64,000 nt of DNA, taken from positions 1,675-65,674 of the forward strand of contig CAIJFH010000027.1 of assembly GCA_903819895.1 (NCBI GenBank), in the 5' to 3' direction. The notes beneath the pieces are model-generated. The model saw nothing but the letters and a program-made list of their open reading frames with translations. It was not told the origin of the DNA and ran no database searches. A program made the position numbers and the translations under genes. The stretch comes from Candidatus Adlerbacteria bacterium. GTDB lineage: Bacteria; Patescibacteriota; Minisyncoccia; Phycocordibacterales; SBAW01. Below, piece after piece: positions 48,497 to 58,620 of this stretch (the stretch's first letter is position 1; every line of letters starts with the position of its first letter).

Positions 48497-49519
48497 ATGG
48501 ATAAACCAAAGACGACGCCGAAGGATTTCTTTTTGTGGGCAGGGGTAGTCGCCGCGCTCTATGTCAGCGTATTTAACTACATCGCGCTCGTGTGGGATTA
48601 CATCAACTACGCCTTCCCAACGCCAACGACCGCAACGTACTACGTCGACCCCTACCAAAACGGCATCAGTTGGGAGATGGCGACGCTCATCGTGCTCTCG
48701 CCCGTCTGTTTTGGCTTGTTGTTGCTGATCCGTCGCGACATTGTGCGCGACCCGGTGCGGCGCGAGTTGTGGGTGCGGCGCTGGGCGCTGTTTCTCACCC
48801 TGTTTATCGCGGGCGCAACAGCGGTGGTCGACCTCATCTACGTTTTGTACGCATTCCTCAACGGCACCGATGTGACCGCACAGTTTTTGCTCAAGGCGTT
48901 GGTGGTGCTGCTCGTTGCAGCGATGGTCTTTATGCACTTTATCGCCGATCTGTGGAACTATTGGGAGCAGTATCCGCGCCGCAACCGCTCGGTTGTTGTC
49001 GCCGTGGGCGCGCTGGTGTTGGTGACTATTGTTGCAGGGTTCTTTATTGTCGGCACACCACAGCAAGCGCGGACCTACCGCCAAGATGCACAGCGCGTGT
49101 CCGACCTGCAAACCATCCAGTATCAAATCACCAACTATTGGCAGCACACGCAGACACTCCCCACAACCCTGGCCGAGGTGCGCGACCCACTTTCGGGTGT
49201 CACCATCCCTGTCGACCCGGCAACCGGCGCGCCGTATGTCTACCAAGCAATGGGCGCAACCTCGTTTAAAATCTGCGCGACCTTTGGTGCCGTAAGCCAG
49301 CAGGGGCAGACATACCCCAACAGCCCGTATTCATTGCAATCTGCGCCGATTGCGCAACCAACAGCAACAGTACCAGCCGAGCCCGCGGGCCTTGGCGGCG
49401 GCGCAGAACTAACTGACACCTGGCAGCATGCAGCAGGGGAGGTGTGCTTTGCTCGCACCATCAACCCCAAGTTGTATCCACCGATTACCACCCAAGCCGC
49501 GATGCCAGCGGGGAAGTAA
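48497..49519 (+). CDS. DUF5671-like membrane protein with pilin/pseudopilin-like C-terminal domain
   Basis: About 5 TMs, then D.QRVSDL..I...I..Y...LP.TL...P.DP.TG.PY.Y...F.ICATF. Confidence 0.65.
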   Translation: MDKPKTTPKDFFLWAGVVAALYVSVFNYIALVWDYINYAFPTPTTATYYVDPYQNGISWEMATLIVLSPVCFGLLLLIRRDIVRDPVRRELWVRRWALFLTLFIAGATAVVDLIYVLYAFLNGTDVTAQFLLKALVVLLVAAMVFMHFIADLWNYWEQYPRRNRSVVVAVGALVLVTIVAGFFIVGTPQQARTYRQDAQRVSDLQTIQYQITNYWQHTQTLPTTLAEVRDPLSGVTIPVDPATGAPYVYQAMGATSFKICATFGAVSQQGQTYPNSPYSLQSAPIAQPTATVPAEPAGLGGGAELTDTWQHAAGEVCFARTINPKLYPPITTQAAMPAGK

Positions 49520-49558
49520 CATCACTACGGAGGTCCGTCCTCCGTATCTTGCATATAT

Positions 49559-52048
49559 ATGGAACAATACGATCACAAAAAAATAGAAAAAAAGTGGCAG
49601 CAGCGGTGGCGGGACACCAAGTTGTATCGCACTACCGAGGATTCGTCTAAGCCGAAGTCGTATGTGCTCGACATGTTCCCGTACCCATCCGGCGAGGGGC
49701 TGCATGTTGGTCACCCCAAAGGATACATCGCGACCGACATTTACTCGCGCTACAAGCGGATGCAGGGGCACAATGTACTGCACCCAATGGGCTGGGATGC
49801 GTTTGGTTTGCCTGCCGAAAATTACGCACTCAAAAACAAAGTCCACCCGCGTGTCGCGGTCGAGAAGAACATTGCCACGTTTAAAGACCAACTCGCGCAC
49901 ATTGGCTTTAATTATGATTGGGAGCGTGAGATCTCGACCACCGACCCGGCGTTTTACAAATGGACGCAATGGATTTTTTTGCAGATGTATAAAAAAGGGC
50001 TGGCGTTCCAATCCAACGAGCCGATTAACTGGTGCCCATCGTGCAAGACAGGGCTTGCCAACGAAGATCTTGACGGCAACACATGCGAGCGCTGTGGCAC
50101 CGTTGTCGAGAAAAAGCGCTTGCCGCAGTGGGTGCTCAAAATTACCGACTATGCCGACCGCATGCTCGCCGACCTCGACCTGCTCGACTGGCCCGAGCAC
50201 ATTAAAACCGCGCAGCGCAACTGGATCGGCCGCAGCGAGGGCGCAGAGATTGATTTTGCTATCGTTGGTTCAGATACAAAAATAAAAGTATTTACCACGC
50301 GCCCGGATACGCTGTTTGGTGCAACGTACATGGTGCTTGCGCCAGAGCACTCACTCGTCTCTTCACTCCTCAACGATACTGCGTCGGCAGTATCGAACAA
50401 GAAAGAGGTCGCAGCATATGTTGCGCAAGCCGCAAAAAAGACCGAGATTGAGCGTGGAGGCGATAAAGAAAAAACAGGCGTCGAGCTGCAAGGAATCAAG
50501 GCAATCAACCCAGCAAACAAAAAAGAAATTCCGATTTTTGTTGCCGATTATGTACTCGGCGGCTATGGCACAGGCGCCATCATGGCTGTGCCCGCGCACG
50601 ACGAACGCGATGCTGCTTTTGCTCGAGCCTACAAATTGCAAGCTAAAGCTGTGATAATTCCAAGAAATCTTGAAGTCCTGCACTCTTATGTGCCCAAAGG
50701 TCTGCCAGATAAAACAGATTCACAATATGACTCTGCACTAAGAGATCTTTCTTTGAAATATCTAGTGCACCCAATGGTGTTAGACGGAACTCTTATAAAC
50801 TCTGATCAATTTGATGGATTGTCAGTGGAGGAAGCAAAAAAGAAAATCACCGAGTTTGTTGGCGGGAAGATAGCGACGACGTACAAACTCAAGGACTGGG
50901 TGTTTTCGCGGCAGCGATACTGGGGCGAACCAATCCCGATCATCCACTGCCCAACACACGGTGCGGTCGCGGTGCCCGAGGAGCAGCTGCCGGTCTTGCT
51001 GCCCAACGTGGAGTCATATGAACCAAGCGGCACTGGCGAGTCGCCACTGGCGAATATGACTGAGTGGGTCAATACAACCTGCCCAACCTGCGGCGGCCCC
51101 GCCAAGCGCGAGACAAACACGATGCCGCAGTGGGCGGGCTCGTCGTGGTACTACCTGCGCTTTATGGATCCAAACAACAACACAGCGCTGGTTGGCAAAG
51201 ACAAAGAAAAATACTGGGCACCCGTTGATGTCTATGTCGGTGGCGACCACGCCGTGCGTCATCTCATTTATGCACGCTTTTGGCATAAATTTCTCTACGA
51301 TATTGGCACGGTGAGCACGGTTGAGCCCTTTGCGCGCCTCGAGTTCTTGGGTTTTATCCTTGCCGAAGACGGCCGCAAGATGAGCAAGCGCTACGGCAAC
51401 GTGATCAACCCAACTGAGGTGATTGCAAACTATGGCGCGGACGCATTTCGCATCTACGAGATGTTTATGGGTCCGTTTGAGAACACGGTCGCGTGGAACA
51501 TGGCGTCGATTGCAGGCACGACCCGTTTTGTCGAACGAGCGTGGGCGATACAAGACATGGTCACCAAGGATACATCTCCCGAATTGGAGGTGGTGTTACA
51601 TCAATCCATCAAGAAAGTGAGCGAGGACATCGAGGCGTTTAAATTTAATACCGCGGTGAGCCAACTCATGATACTGCTTAACGCGATAGAAAAGCAGGGT
51701 AGCATCGGGCGCGAGCAGTGGGACGTATGTCTGCGTCTTTTGGCACCACTTGCACCACACACCACCGAGGAGCTGTGGGAGAAATTGGGGCACACCGAGT
51801 CAATCCATGTTGCACCGTGGCCCACCTATGACCCAGCAAAGTTGGTGGCGAGTGTGGCAAAGGTGGCAGTGCAGGTCAACGGGAAGGTGCGCGCGGTGCT
51901 TGAGTTATCCACAACCGCGAGCGAGACGGAGGCGCTTGCAGCAGCGCGTGCCGAGCCCACAATCACCAAGTGGCTCAGCGAAGGGCGGGAGACAAAGGCG
52001 GTGTATGTGCCGGGCAAAATTATCAGCTTCGCGGTAGAGCCCCAGTAG
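49559..52048 (+). CDS. leuS: Leucine--tRNA ligase
   Basis: MFPYPSGEGLHVGH, FTTRPDT, GTGAIMAVPAHD and KMSKR motifs. Confidence 0.97.
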   Translation: MEQYDHKKIEKKWQQRWRDTKLYRTTEDSSKPKSYVLDMFPYPSGEGLHVGHPKGYIATDIYSRYKRMQGHNVLHPMGWDAFGLPAENYALKNKVHPRVAVEKNIATFKDQLAHIGFNYDWEREISTTDPAFYKWTQWIFLQMYKKGLAFQSNEPINWCPSCKTGLANEDLDGNTCERCGTVVEKKRLPQWVLKITDYADRMLADLDLLDWPEHIKTAQRNWIGRSEGAEIDFAIVGSDTKIKVFTTRPDTLFGATYMVLAPEHSLVSSLLNDTASAVSNKKEVAAYVAQAAKKTEIERGGDKEKTGVELQGIKAINPANKKEIPIFVADYVLGGYGTGAIMAVPAHDERDAAFARAYKLQAKAVIIPRNLEVLHSYVPKGLPDKTDSQYDSALRDLSLKYLVHPMVLDGTLINSDQFDGLSVEEAKKKITEFVGGKIATTYKLKDWVFSRQRYWGEPIPIIHCPTHGAVAVPEEQLPVLLPNVESYEPSGTGESPLANMTEWVNTTCPTCGGPAKRETNTMPQWAGSSWYYLRFMDPNNNTALVGKDKEKYWAPVDVYVGGDHAVRHLIYARFWHKFLYDIGTVSTVEPFARLEFLGFILAEDGRKMSKRYGNVINPTEVIANYGADAFRIYEMFMGPFENTVAWNMASIAGTTRFVERAWAIQDMVTKDTSPELEVVLHQSIKKVSEDIEAFKFNTAVSQLMILLNAIEKQGSIGREQWDVCLRLLAPLAPHTTEELWEKLGHTESIHVAPWPTYDPAKLVASVAKVAVQVNGKVRAVLELSTTASETEALAAARAEPTITKWLSEGRETKAVYVPGKIISFAVEPQ

Positions 52049-52120
52049 GTCATCGTGTGCCGATGTGGCATAATTTGTTGACCAATAAAGTAATCCGTGA
52101 TACAACGTATTCACAACTAT

Positions 52121-53176
52121 ATGACACAACCAGTCGAGAAAACCGCCGACAAGACCAGCTTTAAGCCCAAAACAATCGTCAAAAAGCTCCTTTCTGCCTT
52201 GCCCGAGCGCTCGCGCATTGTGCTGGAGGCGCGTTTTGGCCTTGGTGCCGACACCGAGCGCGTCACGCTCGAGTCCATCGGCCAGCGCTACGGGATCACC
52301 CGCGAGCGTGTCCGCCAGATCGAAAACCACGCGATTGCCACTCTCAAAAAGTCGCCAACATTTGCCGACGCTGCAGTTGCCTTTGCCGAGCTGGAGCAGA
52401 TTATCGACTCGCTTGGCGGTATTGTCTGCGAGGATGACCTGTTGGCATTTATTACCAAAGACCGTTCGATGCAGAACCATATCTACTTCTTGCTTGTCTT
52501 GGGTGACCCGTTTAAATATCGCAAAGAGGATGATGAAATTGAGCGCTGCTGGTATGTCGACCAAGACCTCGCCAACAAGATCGAGAAATCGCTCCAGGCG
52601 CTCTACCACAGCATCTCCGACGAGGATCTGATCCCCGAGGGCGAAATGATCGACCGTTTTCTCAAACAGCTGGAGACCATCAACGACAAACACCACAACG
52701 ACGAGGTGCTCAAGCGCTGGCTTTCTATCTCTAAAAACATCGGCAAAAACCCGCTCGGCGAGTGGGGACATGCAGCGTCGCCAAACGTCAAAACCAAAGG
52801 CGTGCGCGACTACGCCTACCTTGCAGTCAAAAAGCATGGGAGCCCGCTCCACTTTCGCGAGGTGGCAAAGTTGATCGAGAAGACCTTCAACCGCGCGGCA
52901 CACGTGGCAACAACGCACAACGAGCTGATTAAAGACGACCGCTTTGTCTTGGTTGGTCGCGGCATGTACGCACTCAAAGAGTGGGGCTACACCTCGGGCG
53001 TGGTGCGCGACGTGATCCGCGAGATGCTCAAACGCGATGGTGCGCTCACTAAAGACGAGATCATCGACCGCGTGCTCAAAGAGCGTCACGTCAAGCCGGG
53101 CACGATTGTCGTCAACCTCCAAAACCAAAAATATTTTAAGCGCAGCAAAGAAGGGAAGTTCTCGGTAGTTCGCTAA
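52121..53176 (+). CDS. Sigma-70 region 4-like HTH plus winged-HTH (HARE-HTH-like) protein
   Basis: RFGL...TLESIG..YGITRERVRQIE, PLHF.E, HNELI.D.RFVLVGRG.YAL motifs. Confidence 0.8.
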   Translation: MTQPVEKTADKTSFKPKTIVKKLLSALPERSRIVLEARFGLGADTERVTLESIGQRYGITRERVRQIENHAIATLKKSPTFADAAVAFAELEQIIDSLGGIVCEDDLLAFITKDRSMQNHIYFLLVLGDPFKYRKEDDEIERCWYVDQDLANKIEKSLQALYHSISDEDLIPEGEMIDRFLKQLETINDKHHNDEVLKRWLSISKNIGKNPLGEWGHAASPNVKTKGVRDYAYLAVKKHGSPLHFREVAKLIEKTFNRAAHVATTHNELIKDDRFVLVGRGMYALKEWGYTSGVVRDVIREMLKRDGALTKDEIIDRVLKERHVKPGTIVVNLQNQKYFKRSKEGKFSVVR

Positions 53177-53210
53177 CAAACACTTCTCACCACAAACTAC
53201 AAAGCATCCG

Positions 53211-53600
53211 TTAGTGTCCACCACCAGCGGATGCTTTTGATTTAAAAAAGATAATCCAGATTGCAAGAAAGATGATGAGGAGGATGCTCACCACCGTGTT
53301 TGCCGTGTCGTAGCCAAACCAGGTTGCCACAAAGCGCAAAATCTCCCAAAAGATAAACGCTGCCGTGATCTGAAATGCGCCAGTCATTGCATCTATTTGC
53401 GCATGATGCTGGTGCTCGGCGTGGCCATCGTGGAGGAGTATGTAGCCCGACCCAGAGAGGAAGCCGCGCAAAAAGGTGGTAAACCCGTACGTTGCGAGCA
53501 CACACAAGCACGCGCCGATATAGAGGAGCGGATTGTCGAGCAGCGACTGCGAGAGCGTGTGGATCCAAATAGCAAAGTCGTTGAATGTTTGCATAGTCAT
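53211..53600 (-). CDS. Hypothetical membrane protein
   Basis: Three hydrophobic segments; start at MTMQTF. Confidence 0.6.
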   Translation of the reverse strand: MTMQTFNDFAIWIHTLSQSLLDNPLLYIGACLCVLATYGFTTFLRGFLSGSGYILLHDGHAEHQHHAQIDAMTGAFQITAAFIFWEILRFVATWFGYDTANTVVSILLIIFLAIWIIFFKSKASAGGGH

Positions 53601-53642
53601 GACTGGTGGATGTCCCGTATCGTACGGTATACTATACCATGT

Positions 53643-54989
53643 ATGTTTCTGCACACCGAAGCAGCAAAGACCGCCGACAAGCTCAGCAGCAAAGGTGTCG
53701 AGCCCATTGTCGCCGCGAGTGCGTACCTTGTACTGCTTTGCATTTTTGTGACCATCTACGACCCGGGTGCGGTGTACAACTTTGTATTTTCGACCGTTGT
53801 CACCGCGCCGTTTTGGTTGCCGTTTTTTATGCTCACGATTTTTTGGATTATCTGGATGCACTATGTCCGCTTTGTATTCTTTTTCTCAAATAGAAATGTC
53901 TTGCTGGAGGTGCAGCTCCCGCCCGAGGTAGAAAAATCGCCACTGACAATCGAGCTCTTTCTCGCCACGCTCAACAACTCCGGCGGCGAGGCGACCATTC
54001 TTGCCCGCGCATGGAGAGGTCAACATCGTGCCATCTGGTCGCTCGAGATCGCCAGCAACGAGGGGCGCATCGGGTTTTATATCCGCACACGCGATGGCTA
54101 CCGCCACATTATCGAGGCGCGCATCTATGGCCAGTTCCCCGAGGCAAAAGTGTTCGAGGTAGACGACTATGTCAACCAAATCCCACCCGACACCAAGGGC
54201 TACACGGTGTGGGGCAACGAGTTTAAAAAAGGCGAACCACAAGCGCTGCCGATCCGCACCTATGTCGACTTTAAAATGGATAAGGATCCGAAAGAGGAGT
54301 TTAAGATTGATCCGCTTGCCAACCTGCTCGAGCTCTTGGGCCAAATCGGCCCAGGCGAACACTTGTGGTTTCAAATTATTCTCAAAGCACGCAAAGCAGA
54401 CGAGTGGTACGGTTTCTATCTCGATGGGGACAGCTACAAAGACGCTGCCAAAAAAGAAATCAAAGCGATTATGGCAGGAGCGGCGGCACGCGCAAAAGAG
54501 GTGATTGCCGAAAATGACATCACCGAGGGCAAGACGTCGCTCCTCACCGATGGCGAAAAGCGCCGCATCGACGCCATCGAGCGTGCCATGAGCAAGCCAG
54601 TGTTTGAGTGCGGCCTGCGCGGCGTGTACATCGCAAAAAATGAACTGTTTAACGGCATCAACGTGCCTGGCGTCATCAACCTTCTTGGACAATTTAAAGG
54701 CGGGGTAGAGTACAACGGCTTTATCCCCACCCGCGGCTTGGCGTTTATGGATTACCCTTGGCAGGATTATAAAGATTATCGCAAGAGCCGCATCGCCAAG
54801 CAGGTGTTTTTCCACTACAAGCATCGTGCATACTTTTACGTGCCGTACGACCAAGTGCCGGTCTTTCTCAATACCGAAGAGATCGCATCGCTGTGGCACT
54901 TCCCGGGCTCGAGCATCCGCACACCGGGGTTGTCGCGCGTACCGTCGCGCCGCGGCGAGGCGCCGGTCAATTTGCCGACGGGGCAATAA
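53643..54989 (+). CDS. Conserved CPR-type membrane protein of unknown function
   Basis: N-terminal TMs; LLEV.LP, WSLEI, IYGQFP, LPIRTY.DF, DPL and LN.EE.ASLWHFP motifs. Confidence 0.7.
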   Translation: MFLHTEAAKTADKLSSKGVEPIVAASAYLVLLCIFVTIYDPGAVYNFVFSTVVTAPFWLPFFMLTIFWIIWMHYVRFVFFFSNRNVLLEVQLPPEVEKSPLTIELFLATLNNSGGEATILARAWRGQHRAIWSLEIASNEGRIGFYIRTRDGYRHIIEARIYGQFPEAKVFEVDDYVNQIPPDTKGYTVWGNEFKKGEPQALPIRTYVDFKMDKDPKEEFKIDPLANLLELLGQIGPGEHLWFQIILKARKADEWYGFYLDGDSYKDAAKKEIKAIMAGAAARAKEVIAENDITEGKTSLLTDGEKRRIDAIERAMSKPVFECGLRGVYIAKNELFNGINVPGVINLLGQFKGGVEYNGFIPTRGLAFMDYPWQDYKDYRKSRIAKQVFFHYKHRAYFYVPYDQVPVFLNTEEIASLWHFPGSSIRTPGLSRVPSRRGEAPVNLPTGQ

Positions 54990-55013
54990 TCAACAACGTC
55001 TTCTTGTATTTCT

Positions 55014-56018
55014 ATGGAACCGTCACGTTTTACGAACACGCAGTGGTATATCGAGCAGTGGCAGCGCTATAATCGCTTGCTGCCAACCGCATTTCTCTTT
55101 GGCATACTCTGTTTCCTGATTTATTTTGTGACTCTCGCAGCACCACTCGATTTCCCCACGGCGACCTACCTCAAAATTAGTCCGGGCGAAACGTCCGCGC
55201 AGGTGGCACAGGATCTGGCCGAGCGACAGATTATCCAATCGGCACCGATTTTTACCCACATCCTCGCGCTCTACAAAAAACAGGGCGAGCCCGCACCGGG
55301 CGAATACTTCTTCCCTGGGCCAGAGGGGGTGATTGTGGTTGCCAAGCGCATTGCCCGTGGCGACTTCGAGCTCACCCCTGTGCGCGTGACGATCCCCGAA
55401 GGCGCAAACTCGCACGAGATGGGGGATTTGCTCGCGCAAAAATTGCCCGACTTCGACGAGCCAGCATTCCTCCGTGACGCACAACCCAAAGAGGGGTACT
55501 TGTTTCCTGACACCTACTTTTTTCTCCCGGGGCAAAACCCCGACACCGTGTTGACCATGCTGTCCAACAATTTTGCCAACCATGTGGCACAGGCGCAGGT
55601 CGTGCAGGCAATCACCACGTTTGGAAAACCATTGCCCGATGTGGTCACGATGGCATCGCTGCTCGAAAAAGAGGCGCCGAAGACGGCAGATCGAAAGATT
55701 ATTGCAGGTATCTTGTGGCGGCGCATCGCGATCGGCATGCCGCTGCAGGTGGACGCGGTTTTTCCCTACATCATGGGCAAAAACTCCTTCCAACTCACGC
55801 GCGCCGACCTCCGGACACCATCGCCCTACAACACCTATGTCAACAAAGGTCTGCCCGTGGGGCCGATTACCAACCCGGGACTTGATGCGATTCTCGACGC
55901 AGTGACCCCAACCAAGACGCCATATCTCTACTACCTCTCCGACATGCACGGGAACATGCACTACAGCAAGACCTATGCCGAGCAGCTCGCCAACCAGAAA
56001 AAATATCTCTCCAATTAA
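55014..56018 (+). CDS. mltG: Endolytic transglycosylase MltG
   Basis: EGYLFPDTY, ASLLEKE, MPLQVD and SPYNTY..GLP.GPI.NPG motifs. Confidence 0.93.
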   Translation: MEPSRFTNTQWYIEQWQRYNRLLPTAFLFGILCFLIYFVTLAAPLDFPTATYLKISPGETSAQVAQDLAERQIIQSAPIFTHILALYKKQGEPAPGEYFFPGPEGVIVVAKRIARGDFELTPVRVTIPEGANSHEMGDLLAQKLPDFDEPAFLRDAQPKEGYLFPDTYFFLPGQNPDTVLTMLSNNFANHVAQAQVVQAITTFGKPLPDVVTMASLLEKEAPKTADRKIIAGILWRRIAIGMPLQVDAVFPYIMGKNSFQLTRADLRTPSPYNTYVNKGLPVGPITNPGLDAILDAVTPTKTPYLYYLSDMHGNMHYSKTYAEQLANQKKYLSN

Positions 56019-56087
56019 AGGTGTCAGGAACCTTTTATACCTCTTTATCTCTTTGCGCCACAACGCAAAATGCGCTACTGTCGTGCT

Positions 56088-57197
56088 ATGAACGTGTTTG
56101 TCGGACTCTCGGGCGGGGTGGACTCCGCCGTATCAGCAGCACTGCTCCAGCAGCAGGGTTTTGACGTGGTCGGTGTGTTTATCCGCATCGCGCTGCCGGG
56201 CTACCCATGCACCGCCGGCACCGACAAGATCGAGGCGATGCGTGTCGCGGCACATCTCCACATCCCGTTTATCGAGATTGATTTGTCGAGTGAGTACGAG
56301 CAGGCAGTGTTCCAGACGAGCGTGCGCGAGTTTGCAAAGGGCAACACACCCAACCCCGACACCTTGTGCAACAAAGAAATCAAGTTTGGTGTCTTTTACC
56401 ACTGGGCGATGGCGCACGGCGCCGACCTGGTCGCCACGGGGCACTACGCACAATTGCAACACAACGCCGACGGCTCGGTCGAACTCTTGGCAGGCAAAGA
56501 TGCAGAGAAGGATCAAAGCTACTTTTTGTGGATGGTGCCCGAGGAGGCGCTGCGGCACACCCGCTTTCCGGTTGGTGGGATGGAAAAGCGCGAGGTCCGC
56601 GCACTGGCAAAAAAGTTTGCACTCCCCAACGCCACGCGCAAAGACAGTCAGGGCTTATGCTTTCTTGGTGACATATCAATCGCACAAATGCTCAACAAAG
56701 AACTGACTCTCGTGCCGGGTGATGTGTTGTCAGAGCAAGGGGAGGTGATTGGCACACACGATGGCGCAGCGCTCTACACTTTGGGGCAGCGGCACGGGTT
56801 TATGGTCACGGCACTTCCAACAAAAAATCAGACAAGAGAAAACGAGCAGGTGCATTCGAAAGAGTTACTGCCCCATTTTGTAATCTCAAAAGACATAGCA
56901 CACAACACAATTACTGTGTCGACCGAGCGATATCCAAAGAATAAAACCTGCACGAGTGTCTTGCTGCGTAACGTGCAGTGGATTGGTGACGTGGCACCCG
57001 GCGCATGCAGCGCGCGCTTTCGCTATCGACAAGAACTGATTCCCGCTACACTCGAGCACCCCACGAGCAATAGCGAGAACCGTGCGACCGTGATACTACA
57101 GGCGCCACACTATGTGCCCGAGGGCCAGTCGTTGGTGCTCTACCGAGGCGAGCGTTGCTTAGGCGGTGGGATCATCGAGCGCGGGGAATTGGGGTGA
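56088..57197 (+). CDS. mnmA: tRNA 2-thiouridine(34) synthase
   Basis: SGGVDS, TPNPD..CN, ATGHYA, KDQSYFL and DSQGLCF motifs. Confidence 0.95.
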   Translation: MNVFVGLSGGVDSAVSAALLQQQGFDVVGVFIRIALPGYPCTAGTDKIEAMRVAAHLHIPFIEIDLSSEYEQAVFQTSVREFAKGNTPNPDTLCNKEIKFGVFYHWAMAHGADLVATGHYAQLQHNADGSVELLAGKDAEKDQSYFLWMVPEEALRHTRFPVGGMEKREVRALAKKFALPNATRKDSQGLCFLGDISIAQMLNKELTLVPGDVLSEQGEVIGTHDGAALYTLGQRHGFMVTALPTKNQTRENEQVHSKELLPHFVISKDIAHNTITVSTERYPKNKTCTSVLLRNVQWIGDVAPGACSARFRYRQELIPATLEHPTSNSENRATVILQAPHYVPEGQSLVLYRGERCLGGGIIERGELG

Positions 57198-57248
57198 CGT
57201 GTTGATAACTTGCCACACGCGCCAAGAGAAAGAGCGTATACTCTGAGT

Positions 57249-57743
57249 ATGGCAAACGACAAGCGCAAGAGCCACCACTTGCTGGCAGGGTTGCTGGTTG
57301 TGTTGGTGCTCGCATTTTTGGCATTGTGGTATGTCGAGTCCACAACACAACACCCAAGCCCAACACCCGTGACAACCGCAACACCAACAAAGCCAGCACT
57401 CGTGCTCCCCGACGGATACACTTCTGACCCGACATACCAACAGCCGTCCACTCTCGCGCTGCGCCACACCAAGAGCAAACACGACCACATATATAGTGGT
57501 GCGTTGGTGGCATCTCCGTGCGACACATTCTCCAGCAGCGTGAGCACCCAGGGCGGGCCGCCCGCACACATCACACTTGGGCTGGTTATCCTGCGACCCG
57601 TGGGCACCTGTGTTGATGGTCCTGCAACCTCAACCCCATTTAGCTTTAGCGTCTCGGCAGCAGGCAGCTCGGCGACAAACCCGGTGTTTGACGCAGTCAC
57701 CATCAATGGCGAGCCAGTGACCATAACCACCACTGACCGATAA
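57249..57743 (+). CDS. Hypothetical membrane-anchored protein
   Basis: N-terminal TM, Cys pair; TATACT-N6-ATG. Confidence 0.65.
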   Translation: MANDKRKSHHLLAGLLVVLVLAFLALWYVESTTQHPSPTPVTTATPTKPALVLPDGYTSDPTYQQPSTLALRHTKSKHDHIYSGALVASPCDTFSSSVSTQGGPPAHITLGLVILRPVGTCVDGPATSTPFSFSVSAAGSSATNPVFDAVTINGEPVTITTTDR

Positions 57744-57749
57744 TCACTC

Positions 57750-58577
57750 ATGGCCACTCTTGTTGCAAAAGCGGACGGCACCGCAGAACCGTTCGACCCA
57801 TCAAAGCTGCGCACCTCGCTGCGTCGCTCGGGTGCCGATGATGACGTCGCTGAAGAAATCTCCAAAGAAATCGAGACCGAGTTGTACAACAGTATCACCA
57901 CCAGCGAGATTTATCGCCGCGCATTTGCACATCTGCGCGATCATCGCCACAGCGCTGCCGCACGCTACTCGCTCAAGCGCGCGATACTCGACTTTGGCCC
58001 ATCGGGGTTCCCGTTTGAGGCATACCTCGCCGAGCTGTTTCGCACACAAGGGTACAGCGCAAGTATTGATCAAATCGTCAAAGGCGGCTGCGTCGAGCAC
58101 GAGGTAGATGTCGTGCTCAAGAAAGGGGATGAGACAACCTATGTCGAAGCCAAGTTCCACAACACGGCGGGATTTAAGACCGACCTCAAGACAACACTGT
58201 ATGTCAAAGCGCGCATCGACGACATCCGCGCTGCGCGTCCAAACGAGCAGGTGCGTGGGTTGCTGGTCACCAACACCAAATTTACGAGCGTCGCGATGCA
58301 GTACGCGCTGTGCGAGGGGTTGCCACTCCTGGGGTGGGAGTACCCCAACGAGCACAACCTCCATGACCAGATCGACGAAGCAAAGTTGTATCCGATTACC
58401 GCGCTCACCACACTCAGCAAACGTGAGAAAATGGCCCTACTCGGCGACAGAAAAGTCCTCTGTAGCGCCTTGTCGCACGACTCGGACGCGCTGTCGCGGA
58501 TTGGTATCCATGGCAAACGCGCCGACACCATACTCCAAGAGGTGGGGGCATTGTGCCTCCCCAAGAAGGAGCTATAA
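57750..58577 (+). CDS. ATP-cone plus Mrr-like restriction endonuclease domain protein
   Basis: V.KADG..EPFD..KL..SL (ATP cone); G.PFE, EVDV...VEAK and LVTN (Mrr-like PD-(D/E)xK). Confidence 0.8.
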   Translation: MATLVAKADGTAEPFDPSKLRTSLRRSGADDDVAEEISKEIETELYNSITTSEIYRRAFAHLRDHRHSAAARYSLKRAILDFGPSGFPFEAYLAELFRTQGYSASIDQIVKGGCVEHEVDVVLKKGDETTYVEAKFHNTAGFKTDLKTTLYVKARIDDIRAARPNEQVRGLLVTNTKFTSVAMQYALCEGLPLLGWEYPNEHNLHDQIDEAKLYPITALTTLSKREKMALLGDRKVLCSALSHDSDALSRIGIHGKRADTILQEVGALCLPKKEL

Positions 58578-58620
58578 TACTAGTGATGGGCATTTTATAA
58601 ATCTTTAGCCGAACAAGCGT

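Noticed and set aside
42711-49546. Palindromic repeats read as a CRISPR array or integron attC sites
   Set aside because: Spacing is irregular and gene-sized, repeats are about 20 bp and variable, and there are no cas genes, integrase or RYYYAAC/GTTRRRY ends.
51905-53266. Long antisense ORFs (e.g. 453 aa here, 443 aa opposite atpD)
   Set aside because: They are shadows of well-supported genes caused by GC-rich codon bias.
56017-56036. AAAGGTGTCAGGAACCTTTT imperfect palindrome after mltG
   Set aside because: Single copy with a different loop length from the AGG-N5-CCT family; it may be just a terminator.
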